A stretch of DNA of 64,000 nt from Mobula hypostoma. Lineage: Eukaryota. The stretch covers positions 107,632,001-107,696,000 of the forward strand of contig NC_086107.1 of NCBI RefSeq assembly GCF_963921235.1, in the 5' to 3' direction. The notes beneath the pieces are model-generated. The model had not been told where the DNA came from. It saw only the letters and a list, made by a program, of their open reading frames with translations, and did no database searches. Both the position numbers and the translations under genes were made by a program. Within the stretch, counting starts at the first letter, position 1. The number at the start of each line of letters is the position of its first letter. Of the stretch, positions 25,691-38,599 are shown in pieces.

Positions 25691-27454
25691 GAACTGGAAA
25701 ATGGTGTGATGTTCAAACCCTACAGGGAGATGACAGACTACCTCATTTTTGATGGCAAAGCTAGTCTTTTGAGAACAGTATTTCCCTTCCATTTTGCCCT
25801 CTCAAAAAGTACACTAACCACTTCAGTTTGTGCGCTGGTCATCTGCCCATTGTGCCTTACTCAAGCTGGCAGTGTCAGTGTTAAAGCACCCATATGCCTG
25901 TTCTACATTTGAAGTCTGTTCAGCGCTGAGTTGAGTGAAGCTGGTCCAGGAGCCAGATGGCTGTGTGTGACTTGATTGTGAGTTCAGGACAATGTCCGTA
26001 ACTCTCACTCACTCAAAGTAGTGAAAAGACCAAATCAAGTTTGAAGAAATAAGTTTTTGATCATTTTTGCATCCTGGGTCATAACTGCTGAGGAAAAGGA
26101 ATGTTACTTGGGGTACTTTGATAATGTTTAATGTATCATAAGTATCTTGCTTCTGCTGCACAACTTCAGCAACCATCCAGGTTTACTAGTATGACATTTC
26201 ATCTTCAGCACCATGCATTCATGGAACTTCTGAGTTTGAAGGTCAACTCGTACTGAATTAAGGTCTGTTTTCTGCTTGGAGTAACACTCCCTTGCATCAG
26301 TTTAAAACTTCCTAAATTAATTTTGCTCATATCCACTAGAAACAGAAAGCAGGCTGTCTTTTTGTAAATCTTAGCTGGATTGAGATAGGGCATATGGAGG
26401 TGGAAGAACAATAACTCATTGTATATTATTCTGAAACTTTCCGTGCATAGTCAACAAAATGTCCATTTTGTATGTTTTTTCCCAGAAGTGTTTAGATGTT
26501 ACATTAGAGATGAAGGCTTTTTAAAAGATTTGCTAATGTATCCCCTGTAGTGTTGCTTCTGTGAGCTGGAAGCTGCTTAACAGCTTAGGCTAGCAACAAT
26601 CTTGCCCAACCAAACAACCGAGGTTCTCGAATACAGTATTGAAGAAAGTTCAACAAATCACTTGTAGTCACGGACAGAATCCTAAACTTGACAGTTGAAA
26701 GTCAGATAGTTTTAGAAATGCTAAGCAGTCACAGCAAATTGGATTGTAGTAGTTATGCCTTTGATATAATTGAAGGACAGGATTTCAATGAGTATGTTCA
26801 TTTTTTTTAACCTTGTAGCTCAATGCCTAGAAGCTGAATGGGGATTTCACAGCATAATACCAGCTCACATTTGCTAAGTAGTCACAATAACAGCAATGTC
26901 TTGATGACCTGTATCACTAGACATAATATACTTATCAGAAAGCATGTTTTGATGGTAAAGGGGATTAGAACAGAGCTATGTATATCTTCCTTCAAATTGT
27001 AAGTTTCTCCCTCTCTAGTGTGACCCCTGAATAGCGACCAATTTAGGTCATTTACTTAGAACACCTTTAGGAATTGTGAGATGATGGAAGTTGCTGCTTT
27101 GGGAACCAAAATAATAAAGCTTGGAGTAAGTTAAATAATAGGATGCATTTTGGCCATGATTGATCTTTGAGTGGACAGGTTTAATGTAGAACTTCTGGGG
27201 GGGAAAATGAGTTAATAAATGTGTTTGTATTTTTGTTTTAATTCTTAGAACAATTTAAATTGCATAATATAATTACTTAAAAAAATTTGATTAGGGAATT
27301 CAAAGTATTTCAACGAATGAGGCAATCAAAATAATCTATAGATTGGAATTGGCCAGTGGACCATAGGTTGTCTGTCAGTGAATTAGAACCTCCTGAACAA
27401 TTTGTGAAATAAATGATTCTGCTCTAATTCAGCAATGGTTCTAACAATAGAGTA

Positions 27455-27892
27455 CTTATTATTTTACTGCCTGCAACACCGCTGGTGTTTTAAGGCATCA
27501 GTGAAGGTCCTCCAACCTTGGCCATGAAACCAATTTTGGTCTTGGTCTTGGCAGTATTCAGGGCTTCCTTCATCATACCAGTAGCTTTCTCTTGTTTTTT
27601 ACTACTGTCAGCCATACAAGTCCTGGGTGGAGATTCAGGAATACTATCACACACAGACGTAGAAGGACTCTACAAAAGGTTTTGTTTGACCAGTCAGGGT
27701 GTTCACCCCAAGCTGAACTCCCAAACCTGGAGAACCGGTGAACCACTCTTAGCCTGGCCTCAACCCTTTGACCTGTGTGGTTAGCCTACCAAGAGCCAAA
27801 GCATAAAGCCGTGATTCCAGCCAGCATAGTTCTCTGGGTCATTGAGACATGCAAGCCTCCAAACCACAAAAGGTTGTGGTTGTCTTGAAGGA
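27455..27892 (-). mobile_element. RTE-like non-LTR fragment
   Basis: ttattatt tail followed by gctggtgttttaaggcatcagtgaaggtcctcca, resembling a reversed RTE-type 3' end. Confidence 0.4.
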
Positions 27893-28001
27893 TAGAAAAG
27901 TACATCATAGGGAAATGCTCTTTGGTGTTTGTCTGTTCCAAGCATGAAACTAACTTAAACTAACTCTTTTGCCTGCACATGATCCATATCTCTCCATTTC
28001 C

Positions 28002-28632
28002 AGTTCTCCCAGTGATCTCCCAGTGGCCACACATTTTAATTCCACATCCCATTCCCATTCTGACATGTCTATCCACGGCCTCCTCTACTGTAAAGATGAA
28101 GCAACACTCAGGTTGGAGGAACAACACCTTATATTCCGTCTGGGTAGCCTCCAACCTGATGGCATGAACATCGACTTCTCTAACTTCCGCTAATGCTCCA
28201 CCTCCCCCTCGTACCCCATCTGTTAGTTATTTTTATACACACATTCTTTCTCTCACTCTCCTTTTTCTCCCTCTGTTCTTCTGAATATACCCCTTGCCCA
28301 TCCTCTGGGTTCCCCCCCCCCCGTCGTTCTTCCCAGACCTCCTGTCCCATGATCCTCTCGTATCCCTTTTGCCAATCACCTGTCCAGCTCTTGGTTCCAT
28401 CTCTCCCCCCGCCCCCCCCCCGTCTTCTCCTATCATTTTTTGGCTCTCCCCCTCCCCCTCCAACTTTCAAATCCCTTACTCACTCTTCCTTCAGTTAGTC
28501 CTGACGAAGGGTCTCGGCCTGAAACGTCGACTGAAACTCTTCCAATAGATGCTGCCTGGCCTGCTGCGTTCACCAGCAACTTTGATGTGTGTTGCTTGAA
28601 TTTCCAGCATCTGCAGAATTCCTGTTGTTTCC
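28002..28632 (+). mobile_element. Penelope-like element, 5'-truncated (GIY-YIG C-terminus + pLTR + hammerhead)
   Basis: ORF 27969..28193 ends DLPVATHFNSTSHSHSDMSIHGL...RLEEQHLIFRLGSLQPDGMNIDFSNFR; 10-bp TSD CTCCATTTCC at 27992-28001 and 28633-28642; inserted in a minus-strand CR1 3'UTR. Confidence 0.9.
28496..28533 (+). ncRNA. Minimal type-I hammerhead ribozyme motif
   Basis: TAGTC-CTGACGA-AGGgtctcggCCT-GAAA-CG-TC^GACTG: both core boxes, stems I and II, GUC triplet; stem III reduced to palindromic ACGT. Confidence 0.8.
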
Positions 28633-28829
28633 CTCCATTTCCTGTGTTTTCCATGTGCCTATCTAAAAACCTGAATGCCACTATAATATCTGCTTCCACT
28701 ACTACCCCTGGTAGAGTGTTCTAGGGACCTACCACACCCAATTTCTCAAAACAATTAACAAAATAAAACAGCACACATCAAAGTTGCTGGTGAACGCAGC
28801 AGGCCAGGCAGCATCTCTAGGAAGAGGTA

Positions 28830-28867
28830 CAGTCGACGTTTCAGGCCGAGACCCTTCATCAGGACTA
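28830..28867 (-). ncRNA. Minimal type-I hammerhead ribozyme motif
   Basis: Reverse complement reads TAGTC-CTGATGA-AGGgtctcggCCT-GAAA-CG-TC-GACTG. Confidence 0.8.
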
Positions 28868-29726
28868 ACTGAAGAAAGAGTTAGTAAGAGATTTGAGAGG
28901 GGGAGGGGGAGATCCAAAACGATAGGAGAAGACAGGAGGGGGAGGGATGGAGCCAAGAGCTGGACAGGTGATTGGCAAAAGGGGATATGAGAGGATCATG
29001 GGACAGGAGGTCTGGGGAGAAAGACAAAGGGGGGGGGGGAAGAACCAGAGGATGGGCAAGAGGTATAGTCAGAGGGACAGAGGGAGAAAAAGGAGAGTGA
29101 GAGAAAGAATGTGTGTATAAAAATAAATAACGGATGGGGTACGAGGGGGAGGTGGGGCATTAGCGGAAGTTAGAGAAGTCGATGTTCACGCCATCAGTTT
29201 GGAGACTACCCAGATGAAATATAAGGAGTTGTTCCTCCAACCTGAGTGTGGCTTCATCTTTACAGTAGAGGAGGCCGTGGATAGACATGTCAGAATGGGA
29301 ATGGGATGTGGAATTAAAATGTGTGGCCACTGGGAGATCCTGCTTTCTCTGGCGGACAGAGCGTAGGTGTTAAGCGGTCTCCCAGTCTGCGTCGGGTCTC
29401 GCCAATATATAGAAGGCCACATCGGGAGCACCGGACGCAGTATATCACCCCAGCCGACTCACAGGTGAAGTGTCGCCTCACCTGGAAGGACTGTTTGGGG
29501 CCCTGAATGATGGTAAGGGAGGAAGTGTAAGGGCATGTGTAGCACTTGTTCCGCTCACAAGGATAAGTGCCAGGAGGGAGATCAGTGGGGGGATGGGGGG
29601 GACGAATGGACAAGGGAGTCGCGTAGGGAGCGATCCCTGCGGAAAGCAGAGGTTGGGGGGGGGGAGGAAAGATGTGCTTAGTGGTGGGATCCCGTTGGAG
29701 GTGGCGGAAGTTACGGAGTGGCCAGT

Positions 29727-29878
29727 TCTCCCAGTGGCCACATATTTTAATTCCACATCCCATTTCTCCCAGTGGCTACACATTTTAATTCCACATCCCA
29801 TTTCTCCCAGTGGCCACACATTTTAATTCCACATCCCATATCTCCTAGTGGCCACACATTTTAATTCCACATCCCATT
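29727..29878 (+). repeat. Tandem array, 4 x 38 bp (TCTCCCAGTGGCCACACATTTTAATTCCACATCCCATT)
   Basis: Units start at 29727, 29765, 29803, 29841, each about one substitution from consensus; the unit is PLE coding sequence. Confidence 0.95.
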
Positions 29879-30309
29879 CCCATTCTGACATGTCTATCCA
29901 CGACCTCCTCTACTGTAAAGATGAAGCCACACTCAGGTTGGAGGAACAACACCTTATATTCCATCTGGGTAGTCTCCAAACTGATGGCGTGAACATCGAC
30001 TTCTCTAACTTCCGCTAATGCCCCACCTCCCCCTCATACCCCATCCGTTATTTAATTTTATACATACATTCTTTTTCTCACTCTCCTTTTTCTCCCTCTG
30101 TCCCTCTGACTATACCTCTTGCCCATCCTCTGGGTCCCCCCCCCCCATCTTTCTCCCCAGACCTCCTGTCCCATGATCCTCTCATATCCCCTTTGCCAAT
30201 CACCTGTCCAGCTCTTGACTCCATCCCTCCCCCTCCTGTCTTCTCCTATCATTTTGGATCTCCCCCTCCCCCTCCCACTTTCAAATCTCTTACTAACTCT
30301 TCCTTCAGT

Positions 30310-30347
30310 TAGTCCTGACGAAGGGTCTCGGCCTGAAACGTCGACTG
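30310..30347 (+). ncRNA. Minimal type-I hammerhead ribozyme motif
   Basis: Identical to 28496-28533. Confidence 0.8.
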
Positions 30348-30909
30348 CACCTCTTCCTGTAGATGCTGCCTGGCCTGCTGCGTTCACCAGCAACTTTGAT
30401 GTATGTTGCTTGAATTTCCAGCATCTGCAGAATTCCTGTTGTTTGCGTCAACAAAATAAAACTCTTGCTTTGCACCTGCCCTTTAAACTCTTTCCTCATA
30501 CCTTAAAACTATGTCCTTTTGTATTTGACATTTTGACCCTGGGAGAAAGATACCACTGTCTACTTGTGCTCCTCATAATTTTATAAACCTCTATAAAGTT
30601 TCACTTCAGCCTCTGATATTCCAGAGTAAATAATCAAAGTTTGTATCCTCTCCATCAACCACTCCAAAACATCCACATCCTTCCTGTTATGGAGCAACCA
30701 GAGCTGTATGCAGTGCTACAAATGTGGCCTAACCAAAGCTTTATATAACTGTAACATGACTTCCTGACTCTTGCACTCTGTCACAAGTGATGAAGACAGT
30801 TTGCCATCCGCCCCCTTTACCACTCTATCTACTTACCACTTTCAGAGAAGCATGGAGTTGGAACCAGAGATGCAGCTGTGAATCAGTGCTGTTGATTGTC
30901 TTGCATTAA

Positions 30910-31492
30910 GGAGATGGGATGTTATGGTGAAGTTGTATAAGATTTTAGTGGGGCCTAATTTGGAATGTTGTGTGCAGTTTTTGTCATCTACCTACAGGAA
31001 AGATGTAAACAAGGTTGTTAGAGTACAGAGAAAATTTACAAGGATATTGCCATGTTAGAGTTCGTGAGTTATAGGAAAGATGGAATAGTTCAGGACTGTA
31101 TTCTTTAGAATGTAGAAGATTGAGAGGAGATTTGAGAGGTATACAAAATTATAAGGGGGTGAATGAAAGCAGGCTTTTTCCACTGAGGCTGGGTAGGACA
31201 ACAACCAAAGGTCATGGATTAAGTGTGAAAGGTGAGAAGTTTAAGGGGGAACATGAGGGAATAATTTCTCGCCCAGAGGGTCATGAGAGTGTGGAATGAG
31301 CTGCCAGCACAAGTGGTGCATGTGAACTTGATTTCAACCTTTAAGAGAAGTTTGGATAAGCCCATGGATAGTCATGGTGTGGAGGGCTATGGTCCTGGTG
31401 CAGGTCAATGGAAGTAGGCATTTTAAATGGTTTCGGCGCAGACTAGATGTGCTGATGGGCCTGCTTCTGTGCTGTACTTCTCTGACTCTATG
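30910..31492 (+). mobile_element. CR1 3' fragment nested in an older minus-strand CR1 (27935-28756, 30463-30910, 31492-33110)
   Basis: Homologous to 4240-4826; the host has minus-strand remnants VVEDWRLANAVP, NYRQVNHTTVLGKLL, FASVFTEDE, IKVDKSQGPE. Confidence 0.8.
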
Positions 31493-33129
31493 CCTTCCCC
31501 TTACTTTTAACCTCCTGAAGTGTAATACTTCATACTTGCCTGAATTAAACTCAAATCCTATCATTTCTCCATCCAGTACTGCAACTGATCATTATCCTTT
31601 GATAACCACCTGCACTGTCCTCAGCTCCACTAATTTTTCTGTCAACTACAAGCCCACCTACATCTTTGTCCCAGTATTCATTCCTTTGGAACAACACTAG
31701 TCGCAGACCTCCAGTCAAAATAATATCCCTCCATCTCTACCTACTGTCTTCTTTGGGCAAGTCAATTGTGAATCCAGGCTACCAATTCACCATGGAACCC
31801 CCAAGCATCTTAAACAACCTGTCATGAAGGACCTTATCAATTACCTTACTAAAACTATGTATACAGCATCAATTGCCCTGCCCCTTCAATCACCTTATCA
31901 AAACAAGACCTCAATTAAGTTTATAAGACATGACCTGCCTTGCACAGTGTCATACTGACTGTCCCAAATTAGTCCATGTTCTTCCAAATGCAACAGAGTC
32001 CTCTGCAATAATTTCCCTAATACTGTTGTGTGGTTCACTTGCCTATAATTTCCCAGATTATTCCGATTTATTCCCCCCCCCCTTAAAGGAACTGCATTGG
32101 CTAATCTCCAGTCCTCCACAACATTACCTGTGGTTAGAGAGAATACAATACTGATTTCAGATTCATTTTTCATGTGAATATTGGAACATATAGTGAAATG
32201 CAACATTTGTATTAACAACCCTCACAACCTAAGGAAGGACTGGGGGCAAATCTCAAGTGTTTCCATGCATTCTGATGCCAACATAGCAGGCATACAACGT
32301 TCAGCAGTAGAACACAAGCAACAACGCAACACCGCCAAGAAATATAACAATGGCAAAGCAAGTTCCACCCTCCCACTTACATACCCAGACAATCCTGCAA
32401 CCCCAAGATCCACCAGCTGTAGGTCTGCAGCTTCCAGTGGATTCATAGACATTGGGCCTTCAGCCCGAGCAGTCTCCTCTGTTGCCTCTCTCACAACCTG
32501 AGGTAAGTCCTCTCAGGCCCCTGGGATTTATCCACCTTGATTCTTTTTAAGAGACCCAACAACATCTCCTTTATCTCAAAATATCCTGGCATATTAGAGT
32601 ACCTGATACTAATCTCAGTATCCTCGTCCTCAGTGAATACCGATGCAAAGTGTTCTTTAGGTACTTTATCCAAGCATACTTTCCTTCCTTTATACCTACC
32701 CCCTCTGTAATCGCCATCTTGTTTTTATTGTACATAAAAATACCTGGGGATTCTTTAACATGACTTACCAGGGATATTTGTGTCGATTTTTGTTTTTAGG
32801 CCCTTTTAGTTCCTTGAATTTTTTCCAACTTTCTTTATATTCCTCAAAGGCCCTATCTGATTCAGCTTCCTAAACCATTACATGTGCTTCCTTTTTCTTT
32901 TTAACTAGATTTACAACCTTCTCATCCAGCATGTTCTTTTTTACCTTACCACCTGTTCCTTGCTCCTTACTGGAACATGCCTGTCCCAAACTCCCACAAG
33001 TCAAATATGGACTTGCCCAATACCAGGTATTCCCAATTTTGATTCCTAAGCTCCTGCTTAATAATGCTTTGCCCTGCCCCAACTTCATACTACTTTGCAT
33101 AAAATTTTTGGATATACAAGCCAAAATTG

Positions 33130-33596
33130 TACTCATTGGCTACTTTATTAGATACCCTTGTTAATGCAAATATCTAACCAGCCAGTCAAGTCAGCTCAAT
33201 GCATAAAAGCATGCAGACATAGTCAAGAGGTTCAGTTGCTGTTCAGACCAAACATCAGAATGGAGAAGAAACATGATCTAAGCAACTTTGAGTATGGAAT
33301 GCTTGGTGCTAGATGGGGTGGTTTAAGTATCCTAGAAACTGCTGACTACCTAGGATTTTCATGCACAGCAGTCTCTAGATTTTACTGAGAATACTGTGGG
33401 GAAAAATAAACCTGCAGCAAGCTTCAGTTCTCTGGGTGCAAGCGCCTTTTTAATTGGAGAAGTTGGGTGAATGGCCAGACTGGTTCAATGTGACAGGAAA
33501 GTGACAGTAACTCAAACAACCACGAGTTACAACAGTGGTATGCAGAAAACCACACAGTGTTCTACTCCTATACCTAATAAAGGTGGCCACTGACTA
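33130..33596 (+). mobile_element. Internally deleted Tc1-like element (second family)
   Basis: Imperfect TIRs actcattggctactttattagatac / tatacctaataaaggtggccactgact; N-terminal transposase remnant MEKKHDLSNFEYGMLGARWGGLSILETADYLGFS. Confidence 0.75.
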
Positions 33597-33662
33597 TCTA
33601 CCAGGAATACAAATATACATAGTTGATCAAAGTTCAAAGTAAATTTATTATCAAAGTATGTA

Positions 33663-35543
33663 CATTTGCAAGAAAAAGTTTGTGAACCCTTTGCAATTAC
33701 CTGGTTTTCCGTATTACAAACGTAATTACTCATAAAATGTGGTCTGTCCTTCATCCAAGTCACAATAATAGATAAACGCAATCTGCCTAAACTAATAGCA
33801 CACAAACATTGTACTTATCAATACTTGAGTACACCATTTAAACAATCACAGTCTAGGTTCAAAAAAGTATGTGAACCTCTGGGATAATGCCTTCTACAGA
33901 AGGTATTTGGGGTCAGGTGTTCCAATCAATAAGGTGAGATTGGGGGTGTGAGTTGTAGAGGTGCACTGCCCTATATTTTTTTTAAAAAAGAGACAAAGTC
34001 AGGTTACTGACAGAGCCTGCTCTTATCAAGAAAGTTCTGTTTAAGTGTACCATGCCTTAATCAAACCAACTTTCAGAGGACCTTAGAAGAAGAATTTTAG
34101 AGATGCATGAAGCTGGAAAAGGCTACAAAAGCATCTCTAAAAATCTGAGTGTTCATCAGTCCACAGTAACAGAAATTGTATACAAATAGAGGAAACTCGG
34201 TACTATTGCTACTCTCCATTTACAAAGACAGGTGTATAAAAAGGGCCTGAAGGATCATTGGAGACCCGAGTCATCCCAACCACAAACTGTTCAGCTGCTG
34301 CCATCCGGGAAACGGTACCGCAGCATAAAAGCCAGGGCCAACAGGTTCTGGGACAACTGCTTCCACCAGGCCATCAGACTGCTTAATTCATGTTGACGCT
34401 ACTGTATTTCTGTGTTATATTGACTATCCTGCTGTACATAATATTTATTATAAATTGCTATGATTGCACATTTGAACGGAGACATAATGTAAAGATTTTT
34501 ACGCCTCATGTATTTGAAGGATGTAAGTAATAAAGTCAATTCAATTCTCCCTGTTGCTACTCATACTGCAAAGATCATGCCTGGAGCAGAAATCTTCAGA
34601 ACTTGCTAAAGTCTCTGTTCTTGTCCCCACTGCAACAAAAATACTGAACTAGAATGGTGTTCATGGAAGGGCACTGTAGAGGAAATTACTGCTCTCAAAG
34701 AAAACATTGCTGTATGTCTGAAGTTTGCAGAAGACTACCTGGATGTTCCACGACACCTCTGGGATAATGTTCTGTGAACAGATGAGACAGAACTTGAACT
34801 TTTTCCAAAAATGCACACTGCTACACTGGAGGAAAAGGAGCACTGCACACCAACACCAAAACCTCATCCAATAGTGAAGCATGGTGGAAGGAGCATCTTG
34901 GTTTGGGGATGCTTTGCTGCCTCAGGAACTGGACAGCTTGAGGGAACAGTGAATTCGAAATTGTATCAAGACATTTTACAGGAGAATGTCAGAGTAGTGG
35001 TTCATCACCTGAAGCTTAATAGAAGTTGGATGATGCAACAAGACAATGAACTGCAATACAAGTAAATCAACAGAATGGTTTAAAAAGAATGGTTTCGTAT
35101 TGGCCAAATCACAGTCTAGACCTTAATCCAAATGAGATGGTGTGGCATGACCTGAAAAAGGGTGCTGTGCAAGGTATTCCGGAATTATTGATGAACTGAA
35201 ACAATTTCGTATGGAGGAATGGTCTAAAATTCCTCCTCATCATTGTGCAAGTCTGATCAGCAGTAGCAGGAAACGTTTGATTGTGGTTATTGCTGCTGAA
35301 GGATGTTCTACCAGATATTAAATACAAGGGTTCACATATATTTTCCAGCCTGGACTGTGAATGATGAAACAATGTGTTCAATAAAGATATGGGGAAAAAA
35401 GTACAATTGTTTGTGTGTTATTAGTTAGGCAGATTGTGTTTTGTCTATTATTAGATGATTAGATGAAGATCGACCACATTTTGAGTAATTAATGTAGAAA
35501 ACCAAGTAATTGCAAAGGGTTCACAAACTTTTTCTTGCCATTG
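33663..35543 (+). mobile_element. Tc1/mariner transposon of the same family as 10384-11973, with a nested LINE 3' end (~34218-34546)
   Basis: TA flanks (33661-62, 35544-45); matching TIRs; PIVKHGGRSILVWGCFAASGTG...MQQDN motif; inserted in a minus-strand LINE tail (33628-33660, 35546-35860). Confidence 0.92.
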
Positions 35544-36401
35544 TATATGTCACCAAATACTACACTGAAATTCACTTTCTTGTGGGCATTCACAGTAAAT
35601 ACAAAGAAACGCAATAGAATCAATGAAAAACTGCACACAATAAAGACAGACCAACCACTAATGTGCAAAAGAGGCCAAACCATTCAAATACAAAAAAGGG
35701 AAAGTAATAAATAATAGGCACCAAATATCAGGAACACATGTTGTAAAGTCCTTAAAAGTGAGTCCATATAGATAGTGGTATCAGTTTAGTGCTGAGGTGA
35801 GTGAAGTTTCCCCTTTGGTTCAAGAGCCTTTATGGTTGAGGGGTAATAACTGTTCCTGTTGTACCCGCTGGTGTGCGTGTCTTGACTGAAGCCAGATGCA
35901 TATGGAACAGCAGATCTACCATGCTGGAAGCCAAAGGAAATTAGTGCAGATGATCTTAAGCTATATTATGGGTGACATTGTACTAGAAATTGTAATTCCA
36001 ATCGAACTACAAGCATGGACTTTTTTGCAAGCTTGAGGTCCTCCTTTGCTCCTTTGCATTTGCACAATTGCCTTGGCATTGGTATGAGCTTTGCCTGATT
36101 TTTCTTTTTGACCTAGTAGAGTTTTCACTCCTTGTTCTTTTTGTTTAATATTGCAAAGAATTGTGAAGAAATCACTGACTTAATTAAGATGGCTATTAAA
36201 GTTGTGTTGGTGTTTCCACACTAGCAACTATTAACTACTACTCACTGCAGAAAGGAAATCTCTAAGTAACTCAAAGTTAGTTGGTTCCTCAGTCTACAGA
36301 GGTTTTGATAATTTTGTTTTATTTCCAACTTTTTATTTCTTGCACTTCTAATTTTAATATTCTATTTACTAAGTAAATAATGGTCTTCTATTGCATTACA
36401 G

Positions 36402-36489
36402 AGAGAAGGAAGAAGAAAAGGAAGAACAGTTAATGGAAGAAAAGAAAAGGAAAAAAGAGGACAAGAAGAAGAAAGACGCCACTCAGAAG
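36402..36489 (+). CDS. TNRC6B: TNRC6B coding exon (88 nt): (R)[29 protein letters not shown]
   Basis: Acceptor ttgcattacAG (36400-36401), donor GTgaga (36490). Translation matches the TNRC6B N-terminus I recall ([31 protein letters not shown]). Starts in phase 2, ends in phase 0. Confidence 0.93.
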
Positions 36490-38599
36490 GTGAGAAAAAA
36501 GGTCTGATCCTTTTGAGTATTCAAGTAAAGTTTTTTTTTGTTTTACTTAAATTAGTATTAGTTTGCGTTACTACTTTTATTACTTATTTTGAGAGCGTAG
36601 TGTAGATCACACTCAAATTTCTATATACCTTATCCAGTTGAATGAAAATAAGTTGTATATAATTAGGGCAACTTTCTCATCTACAATTCTATTTATAGCA
36701 AGACCTCAACTGTCTACCACATTACTCTCAGACTAGAGCCAGTTAACACTGTCTGATGTTTGTATATTATTGGGGTGGTTTATTTTTTCATATGAATAAT
36801 GTATTATAAAATTGTTATAGCTTAAATAATCTCAATAACTTTGCACTTTACTGAAACGTCAGTTTTATATTAGCTCATTTCCAGTGCCCTTACTGAATCT
36901 TGTGTTGAGATCTGTTCCATTTAGTTTGGTTTTCCTTGATAAAATTGCCATAGTTGTGTTTGTGTTCAATCCAATGTGTTTTGTTGTGACAATCTGAGTC
37001 CCTCAAAATTTGCTGTGCAATTTTCCTGTAACTTGAACTGTTAACCATTACCCAAGTTCATTGTTAAAGTACAGATTAATTTTGTTTCTGGGTCCATGCC
37101 CAGATCGTGAGCTGTTTTCCAATTAGTTGATCTAATGCCCATGAGCTGAATACTATTCCATTTGTTGCCTTTAGAATTTACTTCTAGTCAGTGGTCTGTT
37201 TATGCCTGATATATACATGAAGTTGATTTCTTCTAACCTCATGAATTAATTGCTTCTGCTTCTGAATATAAGCAATAGGAGATTAGTATTAGGACATATA
37301 GTCTGTTGCACCAGTTCTGCTATTCTTTGGGATCATAGCCAGTGTACTTCAACCACCATTTTCTGAATTACCTTTCAACCCTTGGTTTCCAGGTTCCTAC
37401 GATGTATTGGGCTGGGTTGATCAGACCTAAAAGACTCAAACAGTTCGAGTGTACAGGAAATGTAATAAACCTACAAGCGCAGCAAAGTAACTTAAAACTT
37501 AATTATTATCATAAAATAGAAAGCACAAGTAAGCCACACTAGATACCACATAGTAAGTTACAAAAATTCCAGGGTACGTGATTCTTAGTCTCCACTTGAT
37601 TGTTGCAATTGTCGGGTGACTTGGTTGTTGTGTCAGGGGAACTCCAAATTCCTGCTTGTGAAATCACACTGTCATTGCCCTAGGCACTGATGATCACAGT
37701 CCCTCAGTCTAGGTGACATCCCAAGAACCAAGCGAAAGGTGCCTCAACAAATACCTCGATATGAGATAGGCCTGCACTTCAATGGTATTTTTGAACAGGG
37801 CCTCCTCTGCTTTTTGCTTATGGTCATTGTCTATTGTGTCCTCATTGCCGAGTAGTGTTCCTAATTGAGTTCCTTGACAAATTATTTCTAATTTAATATT
37901 ATAACCAGTACTGTTGAATCCACTTCACGATGTCTCACTCTATGAGCAGTAGCTTGAAACTGAAGTTACCTATAACAATTACATAACCTTAATTCTTGGT
38001 AAACGCCTTCCAGTTGATCCGGTGCTTAACAGCACACATTTTAGTGAGTTTCCTTCCCCACCTTACCACATCTGCCAGCCCAATGCACAGATTCCTACCT
38101 TAACCATATTCAGATACAGGCAATCCCTGCTTTTTCACCATTTGGGTAATGGAAATTTGCCCTTGCAGAATACACAAATCACTACTCAAAAGTTTGAGAT
38201 GGGGAATAAAATTTGCTCTCACAGAATAAAAGCGGAGGGGGGCAAGTAACTAAATACAATTTTTCATATGTTGATGCATGAGCAGATCACGCAACTTCAT
38301 ATTATGAAAATTTCTGATATGGACTGTTTCCTAGAAATGCGATACACTATTACTGCAGCCACATACAATTTGTTTTCTTAATTTTTAACTTCACCTTTTT
38401 TTTCCTACAGGAGTTAAATAACATACCAACATTTTTTTCCTGAACATCTCATTGCTTATGCCAAATTTAACTGTCCCTCAGCTACAGGGTAAAATTGGCT
38501 GGTTAGCACTTAATATTCAGGCAGCCACAACAATTCTATTGTGGATTTGACAGGGAAGGGGCATGTGATTATTGCAGCTTCACCATTATGGTTCAGCTT

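Larger units (their letters stand above)
28770..30449. mobile_element. Penelope-like element insertion with inverted structure: minus-strand pLTR + GIY-YIG (28770-29720), 38-bp tandem array, plus-strand pLTR (29841-30449)
   Basis: Minus ORF 29314..29763 has PGTYPCERNKCYTCPY...FTCESAGVIYCVRCSRCGLLYIGETRRRLGDR (GIY-YIG with Cys-rich linker, Neptune-like); perfect 13-bp TSD AACAAAATAAAAC at 28757-28769 and 30450-30462. Confidence 0.92.

Noticed and set aside
29727-29878. 38-bp repeats as a CRISPR-like array
   Set aside because: Units are directly adjacent with no spacers, derive from PLE coding sequence, and the DNA is eukaryotic.
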